The notes below the pieces were generated by a model that worked only from the letters and a program-made list of their open reading frames with translations, searched no databases and had not been told where the DNA came from. This document shows, piece by piece, positions 56,316 to 64,000 of a stretch of 64,000 bases of DNA. The position numbers were made by a program, and so were the translations under genes. Location of the stretch: NCBI GenBank assembly GCA_963721525.1, contig CAVRJL010000015.1:91771-155770 (forward strand). The letters are read 5' to 3'. Within the stretch, counting starts at the first letter, position 1. Each line of letters begins with the position of its first letter. The DNA comes from an uncultured Negativicutes bacterium. Lineage in GTDB: Bacteria; Bacillota; Negativicutes; JBAXTZ01.

Positions 56316-57131
56316 CTACCTTCCTATTCCTAAAATTTTACGCGCCTCATCAGGAGTAGCTACTTCTCTTCCTATTTCTTTTGATATACGTACTATGCGA
56401 GCAACAAGATGAGCATTTGATTGAGCTAATACTCCTTTTTTATAATATACATTATCTTCAAAACCTACTCTTACATGCCCTCCCATCGCTATGGCATACG
56501 TGGCTAAAGGGAGTTCGTAGCGTCCTATGCCCGCAACTGTCCAAGTACAATCGCTTGATATATGTTTTGTTAGAAATACTAAATTTTCTACATTGCCAGA
56601 CATAGCGCCTGGTACTCCAAGTACAAAATCAAAATGTAAAGGCATTTTCAGTAAACCTTTTTTTACTAAATTCAAAGCAGTATCAATCATACCGTCTTCA
56701 AAAACTTCTATTTCAGGTTTTATATTTCTATCTAACATTTCTTTAGCAAATTTCTTTATATTTTCAGGTGTATTCATAAAAACGTCATCTCCAAAATTAC
56801 ATGTACCTGTAGATAAAGTTGACATTTCCGGATTTAATAATAACGGCTGTACTCTTTGTTCAAAAGTATGCCAAACAGCTCCTCCAGTAGAAGGTTGGAA
56901 AATAACATTGCATTTTTCAGCAATTCTTTTTTTTATCTCTTTATACACTTCATAGTTTTGTGTAGGATTTCCTTTTTTATCACGAGCATGTACATGAATA
57001 ATGGAAACACCTGCCTGAAAACATTCATAAGCGGCCTCAGCAATTTCGTTAGGCGTAAGCGGAAGATTTGGCTGTTCTTTCCTTGTTACTTCAGCTCCAG
57101 TTAATGCTGCCGTAATAATAAGCTTTTTCAT
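56316..57131 (-). CDS. kce: 3-keto-5-aminohexanoate cleavage enzyme (BKACE/DUF849 TIM barrel)
   Basis: 271 aa starting MKKLIITAALTGAE, with the His-x-His zinc site (IIHVHARD) typical of Kce. Confidence 0.85.
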   Translation of the reverse strand: MKKLIITAALTGAEVTRKEQPNLPLTPNEIAEAAYECFQAGVSIIHVHARDKKGNPTQNYEVYKEIKKRIAEKCNVIFQPSTGGAVWHTFEQRVQPLLLNPEMSTLSTGTCNFGDDVFMNTPENIKKFAKEMLDRNIKPEIEVFEDGMIDTALNLVKKGLLKMPLHFDFVLGVPGAMSGNVENLVFLTKHISSDCTWTVAGIGRYELPLATYAIAMGGHVRVGFEDNVYYKKGVLAQSNAHLVARIVRISKEIGREVATPDEARKILGIGR

Positions 57132-57150
57132 GTTTTACCTCCGAAAATAA

Positions 57151-57546
57151 TTATCTACGCTGACATTTTTTCGGAACTACACAAGTTCCACTAGCTTTAC
57201 ATACAACAATAGGCTCTATTAGAAAATCGGCCGCAGATTCTGATAAGTCTGAACGTGGAGCTACCACTTTACGCGCTTCAAAGATCATTTTACGAGAAGT
57301 TTTTCCAATATTCGTTATTTTTCCTTTTGCCTCAATATAATCTCCGGTGTAAACAGGAACTAGAAATTGAATATTATCATAAGCACAAAATAAACCTTCA
57401 TCTCCATCCTTTCTAATTAACAGTTCTGTTGCTACATCACCAAATAATTGTAATATCTTCGCTCCATCTACAAGGTTTCCACCATAATGAGCATCAGCTT
57501 GACTCATTCGTAACCTGATAAGTATTTTGTCCATTTTTACCTCCAT
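57151..57546 (-). CDS. kal: 3-aminobutyryl-CoA ammonia-lyase (hot-dog fold)
   Basis: 131 aa hot-dog fold protein immediately upstream of kce, of Kal size and pattern. Confidence 0.75.
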   Translation of the reverse strand: MEVKMDKILIRLRMSQADAHYGGNLVDGAKILQLFGDVATELLIRKDGDEGLFCAYDNIQFLVPVYTGDYIEAKGKITNIGKTSRKMIFEARKVVAPRSDLSESAADFLIEPIVVCKASGTCVVPKKCQRR

Positions 57547-57560
57547 TATGCTAAAAGTAT

Positions 57561-58217
57561 TTATTCGTAAATGTTCATTTTTGGTACTTTGCTTGCAATT
57601 ATCAAATGTGCTTCAGTAACTTTAACAACTTCCTCAACCGTAGTATTTGGAGCTATTTCTTTTAATAATAGCCCCTCTTCTGTAGGTTCAATTACAGCCA
57701 TGTCTGTAATTACTAAATCTATTTTCCTGGTCGAAGTAAGAGGGAAGGTGCATTTTTTTAATATTTTCGCTATACCTTTAACTGTATGTGTCATAGCTAC
57801 AATTACTTTTTTAGCTCCTACTGTAAGGTCCATAGCTCCTCCCATGCCAAAGATCATTTTACCTGGTATATTCCAACTAGCTACTTGCCCAGCTTCATCT
57901 ACTTGTAATCCGCCAATAACTGTAATATCCAAATGCCCCCCGCGAACTATTGAAAAAGAATCAAGACTATCTATAATAGCAGATCCCGGAATAGCAGTTG
58001 TAAAATCACCTCCTGAATTTGTTAAAGATTTATTTTCTAAACCTGGTAAAGGAGCGGGTCCGATGCCCAATAAGCCGTTTTCGGAGTGGAAAAGTACATC
58101 TATCCCTTTAGGCAAATATTCTACCACAAGCATAGGTAATCCTATACCAAGATTTACTATATTTCCGTCCTCTATTTCTTGTGCAACCCTTTTAGCTATT
58201 AATATTTTTTCATCCAT
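57561..58217 (-). CDS. atoA: Acetoacetate(butyrate):acetoacetyl-CoA transferase subunit B
   Basis: 218 aa 3-oxoacid CoA-transferase B subunit (…SENG…GxGGAMD…) including the catalytic Glu region. Confidence 0.9.
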   Translation of the reverse strand: MDEKILIAKRVAQEIEDGNIVNLGIGLPMLVVEYLPKGIDVLFHSENGLLGIGPAPLPGLENKSLTNSGGDFTTAIPGSAIIDSLDSFSIVRGGHLDITVIGGLQVDEAGQVASWNIPGKMIFGMGGAMDLTVGAKKVIVAMTHTVKGIAKILKKCTFPLTSTRKIDLVITDMAVIEPTEEGLLLKEIAPNTTVEEVVKVTEAHLIIASKVPKMNIYE

Positions 58218-58220
58218 TTT

Positions 58221-58868
58221 TTATCTCCTTACCACAATGTAATCTATTAAGGCGCTAGAAGTATGGACAGTATCAGGAGAAATTCCCCCTGTTGGTACAA
58301 TTTCTTCTACTTCAGCGATAACAATATCCCCTGAAAAAGCCATAATTGGGTTAAAATTTCTTGCTGTAAACTCATACTGCAAATTGCCTTTGTAATCAGC
58401 TCTTTTAGCTTTTATTAAAGACAAATTAGCTATTAGAGGAGTTTCTAGAAGAAATGTTTTTCCGTCGAATTTAATAGTTTTTTTCCCTTTTTCTACAGTT
58501 GTTCCAACTCCTGTAGGAGTTAATATTCCTCCTAATCCCACTCCGCCCGCTCTTATGCGTTCAACTAATGTACCTTGAGGGATAAATTCAATTTCGATTT
58601 GCTTATTTATATATTGTTCTTGTGTATCTTTATTTGTTCCTATATGTGATACATAAAGCTTTTTTATTAATTGTGCAGCAATGAGACGCCCAACTCCTTT
58701 CCCCTTAAAGGATGTATCATTCGTAATTACTGTTAAATCATTAGTACCCATTTTAACAATTTGCTCAAGTACTAAATCAGGTGTTCCTACTCCTAAAAAT
58801 CCTCCTATCATAAGAGTGTCTTTTCTAACAACTATTTTTGCAGCTTCTTGCGCAGATAATATTTTCAA
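58221..58868 (-). CDS. atoD: Acetoacetate(butyrate):acetoacetyl-CoA transferase subunit A
   Basis: 215 aa CoA-transferase A subunit (GGFLGVGTP...). It is first in the operon, preceded by a ~250-nt AT-rich promoter region. Confidence 0.9.
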   Translation of the reverse strand: MKILSAQEAAKIVVRKDTLMIGGFLGVGTPDLVLEQIVKMGTNDLTVITNDTSFKGKGVGRLIAAQLIKKLYVSHIGTNKDTQEQYINKQIEIEFIPQGTLVERIRAGGVGLGGILTPTGVGTTVEKGKKTIKFDGKTFLLETPLIANLSLIKAKRADYKGNLQYEFTARNFNPIMAFSGDIVIAEVEEIVPTGGISPDTVHTSSALIDYIVVRR

Positions 58869-59116
58869 TTTAGCCTCCTTTTAAAATATGGTAATCAACC
58901 ACGCTTTTATTTATTGTTTCATTCTGAACATTATGATAAATTTCCATTATAAACTTTCTATTGTCTTTCAATTATCAATTTACTAGTGTATTCGCCTATT
59001 ATTATAAATTTAAGATACTATATCTATAGTAAAATGTATTTTATTACAATAAATTTTACTAAATAAAAATTTTTATACCAAACGAACAAAATATTTAACC
59101 TTAATGATAATAATAA

Positions 59117-60322
59117 TTAACATATAATTTGTATGAAAAATACACTCAAGGAAAAAAATAATACTAAAAATAAAAACAAATAATTACTTGAACAATTAAG
59201 CATAATAGGTAAAGAAAAATATTTTATCTTTAAAGTAATAATAACAGGAATTATAAGAAAAAGTATTATCGCTCCAAAACCAGCAAAATTTAAAGCTAAT
59301 ATAAAGATATTAGAACAAAAAATGACAATAAGTAAAGGGACAATAAAAGTTACGACAATAGGTATAATATTTCTTTTTAGTTTTTTACTAGTTTCTATGC
59401 AACTCACTTTAAATAAATCCTGATTAAAATGGAAAAGAGATATCGAAGCTCCTAAAAAAGACGTTGTAATAGATAGGATAGATACAACTTTTATAAAAGT
59501 TATAACTGCAATATTTTTGTTATTTAACGCTATTAAATTCATTAAATCCTCTACATTAGCGTTTAATTTTTTTTGGAATAAAACCTCGAAACTATTGCTA
59601 CCTGTTTGAGGAATGTTTGAAATTACTGCTATAATCCATAATATATAAATAAATAAAGGGAGTATGCTTCCTATAATAATTACTCGTCTTAAAGCTTTCT
59701 TATTTGAGTTTAAATAAGATCTGATAGTAGGAATAATATTATGCCAAATAAAAGTAGTCATTATTGCTGGCCATTTAGGAAGAACGAATAGAAAATTACT
59801 TTTATATATAATATTAGAATATTTAAATTTGCTTAACAACAATATAATAGCCGCTGAAAATAATCCAAGCTTCAGTATCAAAAAAAACCTATTTGCATAT
59901 TCAACAGATTTAATCCCTGCCAAAATAAAGACTGAGAAAAAAATAACAAAAATAATAGCACATAAATTATTTTTTAAATTTAGTACTGAGCTGAAAACAG
60001 AACCTGCGGCTGCAATGTATGCTATTGATATAACAATCATAGTATAAAAAAAACATACGATTATTAAAATTTCCCCTGCTTTACCCAAAAATTTCTTTCC
60101 CATAGTTGAGAAACTAATATTTTCTGGTAATGCTAGAATTATATCCAGAAACAATAATGCAGTGTAAAGAGTAATAAGCCATGTTGTAACTAAAATAGCA
60201 GACCCAATAAATATACCTGTATGAGCTATAATAATAGGTAAAGCGAAGATCCCTGCTCCAATTTCAGTTCCTATTACCAAAAATATGGCTCCTATTTCTT
60301 TATTAAATAACCTCGTGTTCAT
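59117..60322 (-). CDS. HAAAP-family amino acid transporter (TyrP/Mtr/TnaB/SdaC-like)
   Basis: 401 aa, 11 TM. The N-terminus (IGAIFLVIGTEIGAGIFALP) aligns with E. coli TyrP (GSVFIVAGTTIGAGMLAMP). Confidence 0.75.
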   Translation of the reverse strand: MNTRLFNKEIGAIFLVIGTEIGAGIFALPIIIAHTGIFIGSAILVTTWLITLYTALLFLDIILALPENISFSTMGKKFLGKAGEILIIVCFFYTMIVISIAYIAAAGSVFSSVLNLKNNLCAIIFVIFFSVFILAGIKSVEYANRFFLILKLGLFSAAIILLLSKFKYSNIIYKSNFLFVLPKWPAIMTTFIWHNIIPTIRSYLNSNKKALRRVIIIGSILPLFIYILWIIAVISNIPQTGSNSFEVLFQKKLNANVEDLMNLIALNNKNIAVITFIKVVSILSITTSFLGASISLFHFNQDLFKVSCIETSKKLKRNIIPIVVTFIVPLLIVIFCSNIFILALNFAGFGAIILFLIIPVIITLKIKYFSLPIMLNCSSNYLFLFLVLFFSLSVFFIQIIC

Positions 60323-60396
60323 TTAAAATTCCTTTATGCAAAAGCCGCTAAATCAAGAAAAATATGTATTTTTTATTTTTAACGTTTCTTACTTAA

Positions 60397-61812
60397 CTAA
60401 ACTTTATTAGGAAGCATATTGTTTTCTTTTACTACTGAATTTTTACATATATTATGAATATATTGATATATAACAATAATTACTAAACAAGTTAATACTG
60501 TATAAAAAGCTACCTTTTGTGTAGGATCACAAAACATTCCTATAATAACAGCAGTATTTAGTATAAGTCCTAATATAGGAGTGAAAGGATAAAACTTATC
60601 TCTAAATTTTAAATCAGTAATTTTTCTGCCGAAATTTTCAATTTTTCTATGAAAATTAATTTGACACCAAGAAATTATTATCCATATTAAACAACCTATT
60701 AGTCCTGTTGCACTCATTAGCCATAGAAAAACTTTATTTGGAGATATAAATGCTGTAGTTAAAGCTAACCCCGTAATTAACAAAGTTCCTAATACTCCGA
60801 TATAAGGTACTCCCTGCTTATTTGTATTAGTGAAAAATTTAGGAGCTACTCTTTCGTTTCCCATCGACCATAATAAACGCGAACAAGCGTAAAGTGCCGA
60901 GTTTATTGAGGAAAGACACGAAGTTAAAACAACAAAATTCATTATTTCAGAAGCATATGGAATATTTGCAATTTTAAAAACTAAAGCAAAAGGGCTTTGC
61001 GAAGTATTTGATTCTTTCCATGGTAAAATACAAGCTAAAACAACCATTGCTAAAACATAAAATAATAAAATACGTAAACCAACACTTTTAATTGCTTTAG
61101 GTACATTTTTTTCAGGATTTTCTGATTCTCCAGCGGCTATCCCTACTAGTTCAGCTCCTTGAAAGGAAGTTGCAACATTAACCATAACAAAAATAATAGC
61201 TATTCCTCCAACAGGAAAAAATCCACTCTGATAGAAAGCCTTAAATCCAATAATATGCTCTTTAGGTCCAAATAATATTAAAAATCCGCCAATTAATATA
61301 AATATTATTATCGCTAAAACTTTTATACCAGCAAACCAAAATTCGGTTTCGCCATAAACTTTAACAGAACAAACATTTGATATAGCTAAAATTCCTAAAA
61401 ATATTAAACACCATATCCATTCGGGTATAGTGGGAAGCCAATTTGCCATAATCATTGCCGCAGCAGTTAAAGACATTGCTGCAGCTGTTCCCCAATTAAT
61501 CCAATATAACCAACCTGTAATGGATCCCATAAGCGGAGAAATAAAACGTGTAGCATACGCTTGAAATGAACCTGATATGGGAATTGCAACAGCCATCTCT
61601 GCTAATGACAATAAAGCCAACAACATAATAAATCCACCAACTATAAAAGCTACTAAACTGCCTAGCGGTCCTGCTTGATTTAAAATTTTTCCTACACCTA
61701 CAAATAAGCCTGATCCTATTGTTCCTCCTACAGCTATCATTGATAAATGGCGCGCTTTCATACCACGCTTTAAAGAGTCTTTATCAGAATAAATCTCTTG
61801 TTTTTGCACCAT
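60397..61812 (-). CDS. APC-family amino acid permease (LysP-like basic amino acid permease)
   Basis: 471 aa, 12 TM, with the N-terminal signature KRGMKARHLSMIAVGGTIGSGLFVG typical of the LysP/AroP/GabP group. Confidence 0.8.
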   Translation of the reverse strand: MVQKQEIYSDKDSLKRGMKARHLSMIAVGGTIGSGLFVGVGKILNQAGPLGSLVAFIVGGFIMLLALLSLAEMAVAIPISGSFQAYATRFISPLMGSITGWLYWINWGTAAAMSLTAAAMIMANWLPTIPEWIWCLIFLGILAISNVCSVKVYGETEFWFAGIKVLAIIIFILIGGFLILFGPKEHIIGFKAFYQSGFFPVGGIAIIFVMVNVATSFQGAELVGIAAGESENPEKNVPKAIKSVGLRILLFYVLAMVVLACILPWKESNTSQSPFALVFKIANIPYASEIMNFVVLTSCLSSINSALYACSRLLWSMGNERVAPKFFTNTNKQGVPYIGVLGTLLITGLALTTAFISPNKVFLWLMSATGLIGCLIWIIISWCQINFHRKIENFGRKITDLKFRDKFYPFTPILGLILNTAVIIGMFCDPTQKVAFYTVLTCLVIIVIYQYIHNICKNSVVKENNMLPNKV

Positions 61813-61953
61813 TATTTGCTCCTTATATTAAAAAATTAAAACTCAAACTTATAATTATTAAACACTTTTACATTATGATACCAAAAACTCATTAAGCAAT
61901 TACCCTATTTACTCAAACTTTCACAAAAGTTACATATTTTAAAGAGAATAAAG

Positions 61954-63153
61954 TTACAGATAGCGTACTAAATTATAGGAATCTCGTGCGATTATAAGTT
62001 CTTCGTTTGTAGGGATAACAAATATTCTTGTTGGCATACAAGAATTGCCTATTTCTCTTTCTATTCCTCTACATATATTACGTTCCTTATCTATTTGAAT
62101 ACCAATAATTTCTAACCCTTCACAAATTTTTTTCCTCGCTATATGCATATTTTCTCCCACACCTGCAGTAAATACAACTGCGTGAGCTCCTCCTAGTAAA
62201 CCATAATAACTCGATATATAACTTTTTACTACAGTAACGTACATATCTAATGCAAGTATAGCTCGTTTATTACCTTTTTCTGCCGCTTCTTCTATATCTC
62301 TCATATCGCTCGAAATTCCAGAAATGCCTAATATTCCCGATTTATTATTTAAATAGGTATCTATTTCATGTGTACTCATACCTGTTTTTCTATTTAAATA
62401 AGTTATAATCCCTGGGTCTAGACTCCCGCAACGCGTCCCCATAATTAACCCATCTAAAGGGGTCATTCCCATAGTAGTATCAATTGAATGCCCATTTTTT
62501 ATAGCAGCAATACTTGCTCCATTTCCTAAATGACAGGAAATAACTTTAAGATCATATGGATCTTTTTCTAAAATTTGAGATAAGCGACACAAAATATATT
62601 TATGAGAAATACCATGAAAACCATATTTACGTATTTTATATTTTTCGTAAAACTCATATGGTAACCCATAAAGATAATTTTCACGAGGCATTTTTTGATG
62701 GAATGCTGTATCAAAACAGGCTGCATTTTTTATTTTAGGCAATAACTTCATACAGGCCTTTACTCCTTTTAAATTGACAGGGTTATGTAAAGGAGCTATA
62801 TCTGAAACTTCATTAATATAATTGATAACCTTATCATCAATTATTACTGTATCACTGTAAAATTCTCCTCCGTGAACTACTCTATGCCCAATAACTTCAA
62901 TTTCTTCAATTGAAGACAGTACTCCATACTGTTTATCAATTATCATATCAAACATAAGTTCTACGGATTTAGCATGATTAGGTATTTCGGCATAAAAAGA
63001 ATAGGTTTCGCCGTTCTCACTTGTTTGCTTTATCACTGCGCCTGGACAACCTATACATTCTACTATTCCTTTACCTAACACTTTTTCTGACGGCATATCG
63101 ATTATTTGATATTTTAAAGACGAACTTCCGCAATTAATTATTAATACTTTCAT
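61954..63153 (-). CDS. ackA: Acetate kinase
   Basis: 399 aa starting MKVLIINCGSSSLKYQ, with ASKHA-fold motifs (GFHGISH, VHLGNGASI). Confidence 0.85.
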   Translation of the reverse strand: MKVLIINCGSSSLKYQIIDMPSEKVLGKGIVECIGCPGAVIKQTSENGETYSFYAEIPNHAKSVELMFDMIIDKQYGVLSSIEEIEVIGHRVVHGGEFYSDTVIIDDKVINYINEVSDIAPLHNPVNLKGVKACMKLLPKIKNAACFDTAFHQKMPRENYLYGLPYEFYEKYKIRKYGFHGISHKYILCRLSQILEKDPYDLKVISCHLGNGASIAAIKNGHSIDTTMGMTPLDGLIMGTRCGSLDPGIITYLNRKTGMSTHEIDTYLNNKSGILGISGISSDMRDIEEAAEKGNKRAILALDMYVTVVKSYISSYYGLLGGAHAVVFTAGVGENMHIARKKICEGLEIIGIQIDKERNICRGIEREIGNSCMPTRIFVIPTNEELIIARDSYNLVRYL

Positions 63154-63170
63154 TTTTTGCCTCTTTTACA

Positions 63171-64000
63171 TTATAAATAATTCATTTTTAAATTTAAAGT
63201 ATTTTTAAAATGAACTTTAGCACATTTACTTAAAATAACATCCCCGTTTTTTGTAATCAATTTTTCAGCAAAATCATTTACTATTTTTCCTGCCCCTTTT
63301 GGAAAAATGCAATAAAATTGTTTTCCTAGTTGCTCTAAACTAGATAAAAATGCATCTCTTGCTAAAATCGATGCTGCACCCACAAAAGGAATATATTCCG
63401 CTTTTACAAGATTAAATTGTTTAATACTTTTGGGTAAACACAACCACCTAGATATTTTCTTATCGTCAGTAAATTTATCTATAATATATTGTTTAATATT
63501 TTTTTCTTTTTTCAACACCTCATTTGCCACCTTCCCATGTGCCCAAGCTAATAAATCATTTAAATTTTTACTTTCTTTAGAGAAAAGAATAAATTGTTCA
63601 TTGTATTTTTCAGGAAGCAAGCTAAATTCAACAAAATATCCTTGAAAATTTTTTCTTATTTTTTCAGCTAATTCTTTAATTCTTTTATCGCTCAAAACTT
63701 TACTATCTCTAATACCTAATTGTAACAATTTATCACTAGCTTCTTTATTTCCGAAAACTGCCGCAACACATAAAGAACCAAAATAATCACCTTTACCTGC
63801 CTCATCAGCTCCTGCAACAAAATATTTAAGATCATTTGATAAAAATATATCTTTGTTACAATTATTTTGTAATAATTTAGGTTGAAAAAATTCGTTTTCT
63901 AGATGTTTTTTAAATTCAGAACTTTTACCGCTTAAAACTTTTGAAATTCCCTTTTTCCCTTTATAAATGCAGATAGTAATTTTTTCAGTGTTTTTTTTTA
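63171..64000 (-). CDS. rnhC: Ribonuclease HIII, partial; the 5' end lies beyond the window end
   Basis: The reverse complement continues in frame upstream of the annotated ORF with ...KYFVAGADEAGKGDYFGSLCVAAV... (RNase HIII GxDExGKGDxFG motif) and then ...LGIRDSKVLSDKRIKEL. The N-terminal domain extends past position 64000. Confidence 0.75.
   Translation of the reverse strand, partial: KKNTEKITICIYKGKKGISKVLSGKSSEFKKHLENEFFQPKLLQNNCNKDIFLSNDLKYFVAGADEAGKGDYFGSLCVAAVFGNKEASDKLLQLGIRDSKVLSDKRIKELAEKIRKNFQGYFVEFSLLPEKYNEQFILFSKESKNLNDLLAWAHGKVANEVLKKEKNIKQYIIDKFTDDKKISRWLCLPKSIKQFNLVKAEYIPFVGAASILARDAFLSSLEQLGKQFYCIFPKGAGKIVNDFAEKLITKNGDVILSKCAKVHFKNTLNLKMNYL

Noticed and set aside
5935-58242. 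Plus-strand ORFs of 60-220 aa from the six-frame track (e.g. 5935-6210, 7985-8281, 10059-10442, 16911-17459, 32975-33505, 35533-35955, 40892-41308, 55698-56030, 56527-56955, 57571-58242)
   Set aside because: All lie antisense inside well-supported minus-strand genes and are low-complexity (Ser/Phe/Ile/Leu-rich) shadow ORFs. No motifs, no RBS.
61813-61953. Lysine riboswitch (L-box) upstream of the LysP-like permease
   Set aside because: The leader is only ~140 nt, AT-rich, and lacks the conserved G-rich L-box core helices.
1-64000. CRISPR arrays, rRNA genes, IS elements, integrases or recombinases
   Set aside because: None found. The only direct repeats are 2-copy tandem duplications (19, 22 and 45 bp) with no spacer structure. 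No transposase or integrase-like ORFs were seen, even next to the tRNA genes.

Overview
This is a 64 kb, very AT-rich (about 27-28% GC) window from a low-GC Gram-positive-type (Firmicutes/Clostridia-like) chromosome. The lineage call rests on gene content: RNase J, RNase HIII, SepF, YheA/YlbF-family and UgtP-like genes. All convincing genes but one lie on the minus strand, which fits a single replichore with leading-strand gene bias.

Most of the content is housekeeping: pepA, radA, an FprA-like flavodiiron protein, an FtsI-type PBP, hslVU, topA, rsmA, gatCAB, ligA, pyk, dnaE, rpmF, ackA, and five tRNAs (Gly, Pro, Lys, Gln, His).

Two things stand out.

1. A complete, tightly packed lysine-to-butyrate/acetate fermentation operon on the minus strand. 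Its genes in transcription order are atoD, atoA, kal, kce, kdd, kamA, two ATPase genes of unknown role, kamD and kamE. It is flanked by two amino-acid transporters (HAAAP family and LysP-like) and ackA.

2. Clear signs of ongoing gene decay. clpB is in three pieces with an internal deletion. dnaE, a UgtP-like glycosyltransferase and sepF are broken by 1-nt frameshifts inside homopolymer runs. murB is shattered by several indels and stops. A 3D-domain gene survives only as a C-terminal stub. There are many long ORF-free AT-rich spacers of 0.5-1.3 kb.

Taken together this looks like a genome under reductive evolution, perhaps host-restricted, with the lysine fermentation machinery kept intact. 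Some of the homopolymer frameshifts could instead be sequencing errors.

There is also a MazF/PemK-type toxin-antitoxin pair in a gene-poor island next to tRNA-Gly/Pro.

I did not see CRISPR arrays, rRNA, transposases or integrases.
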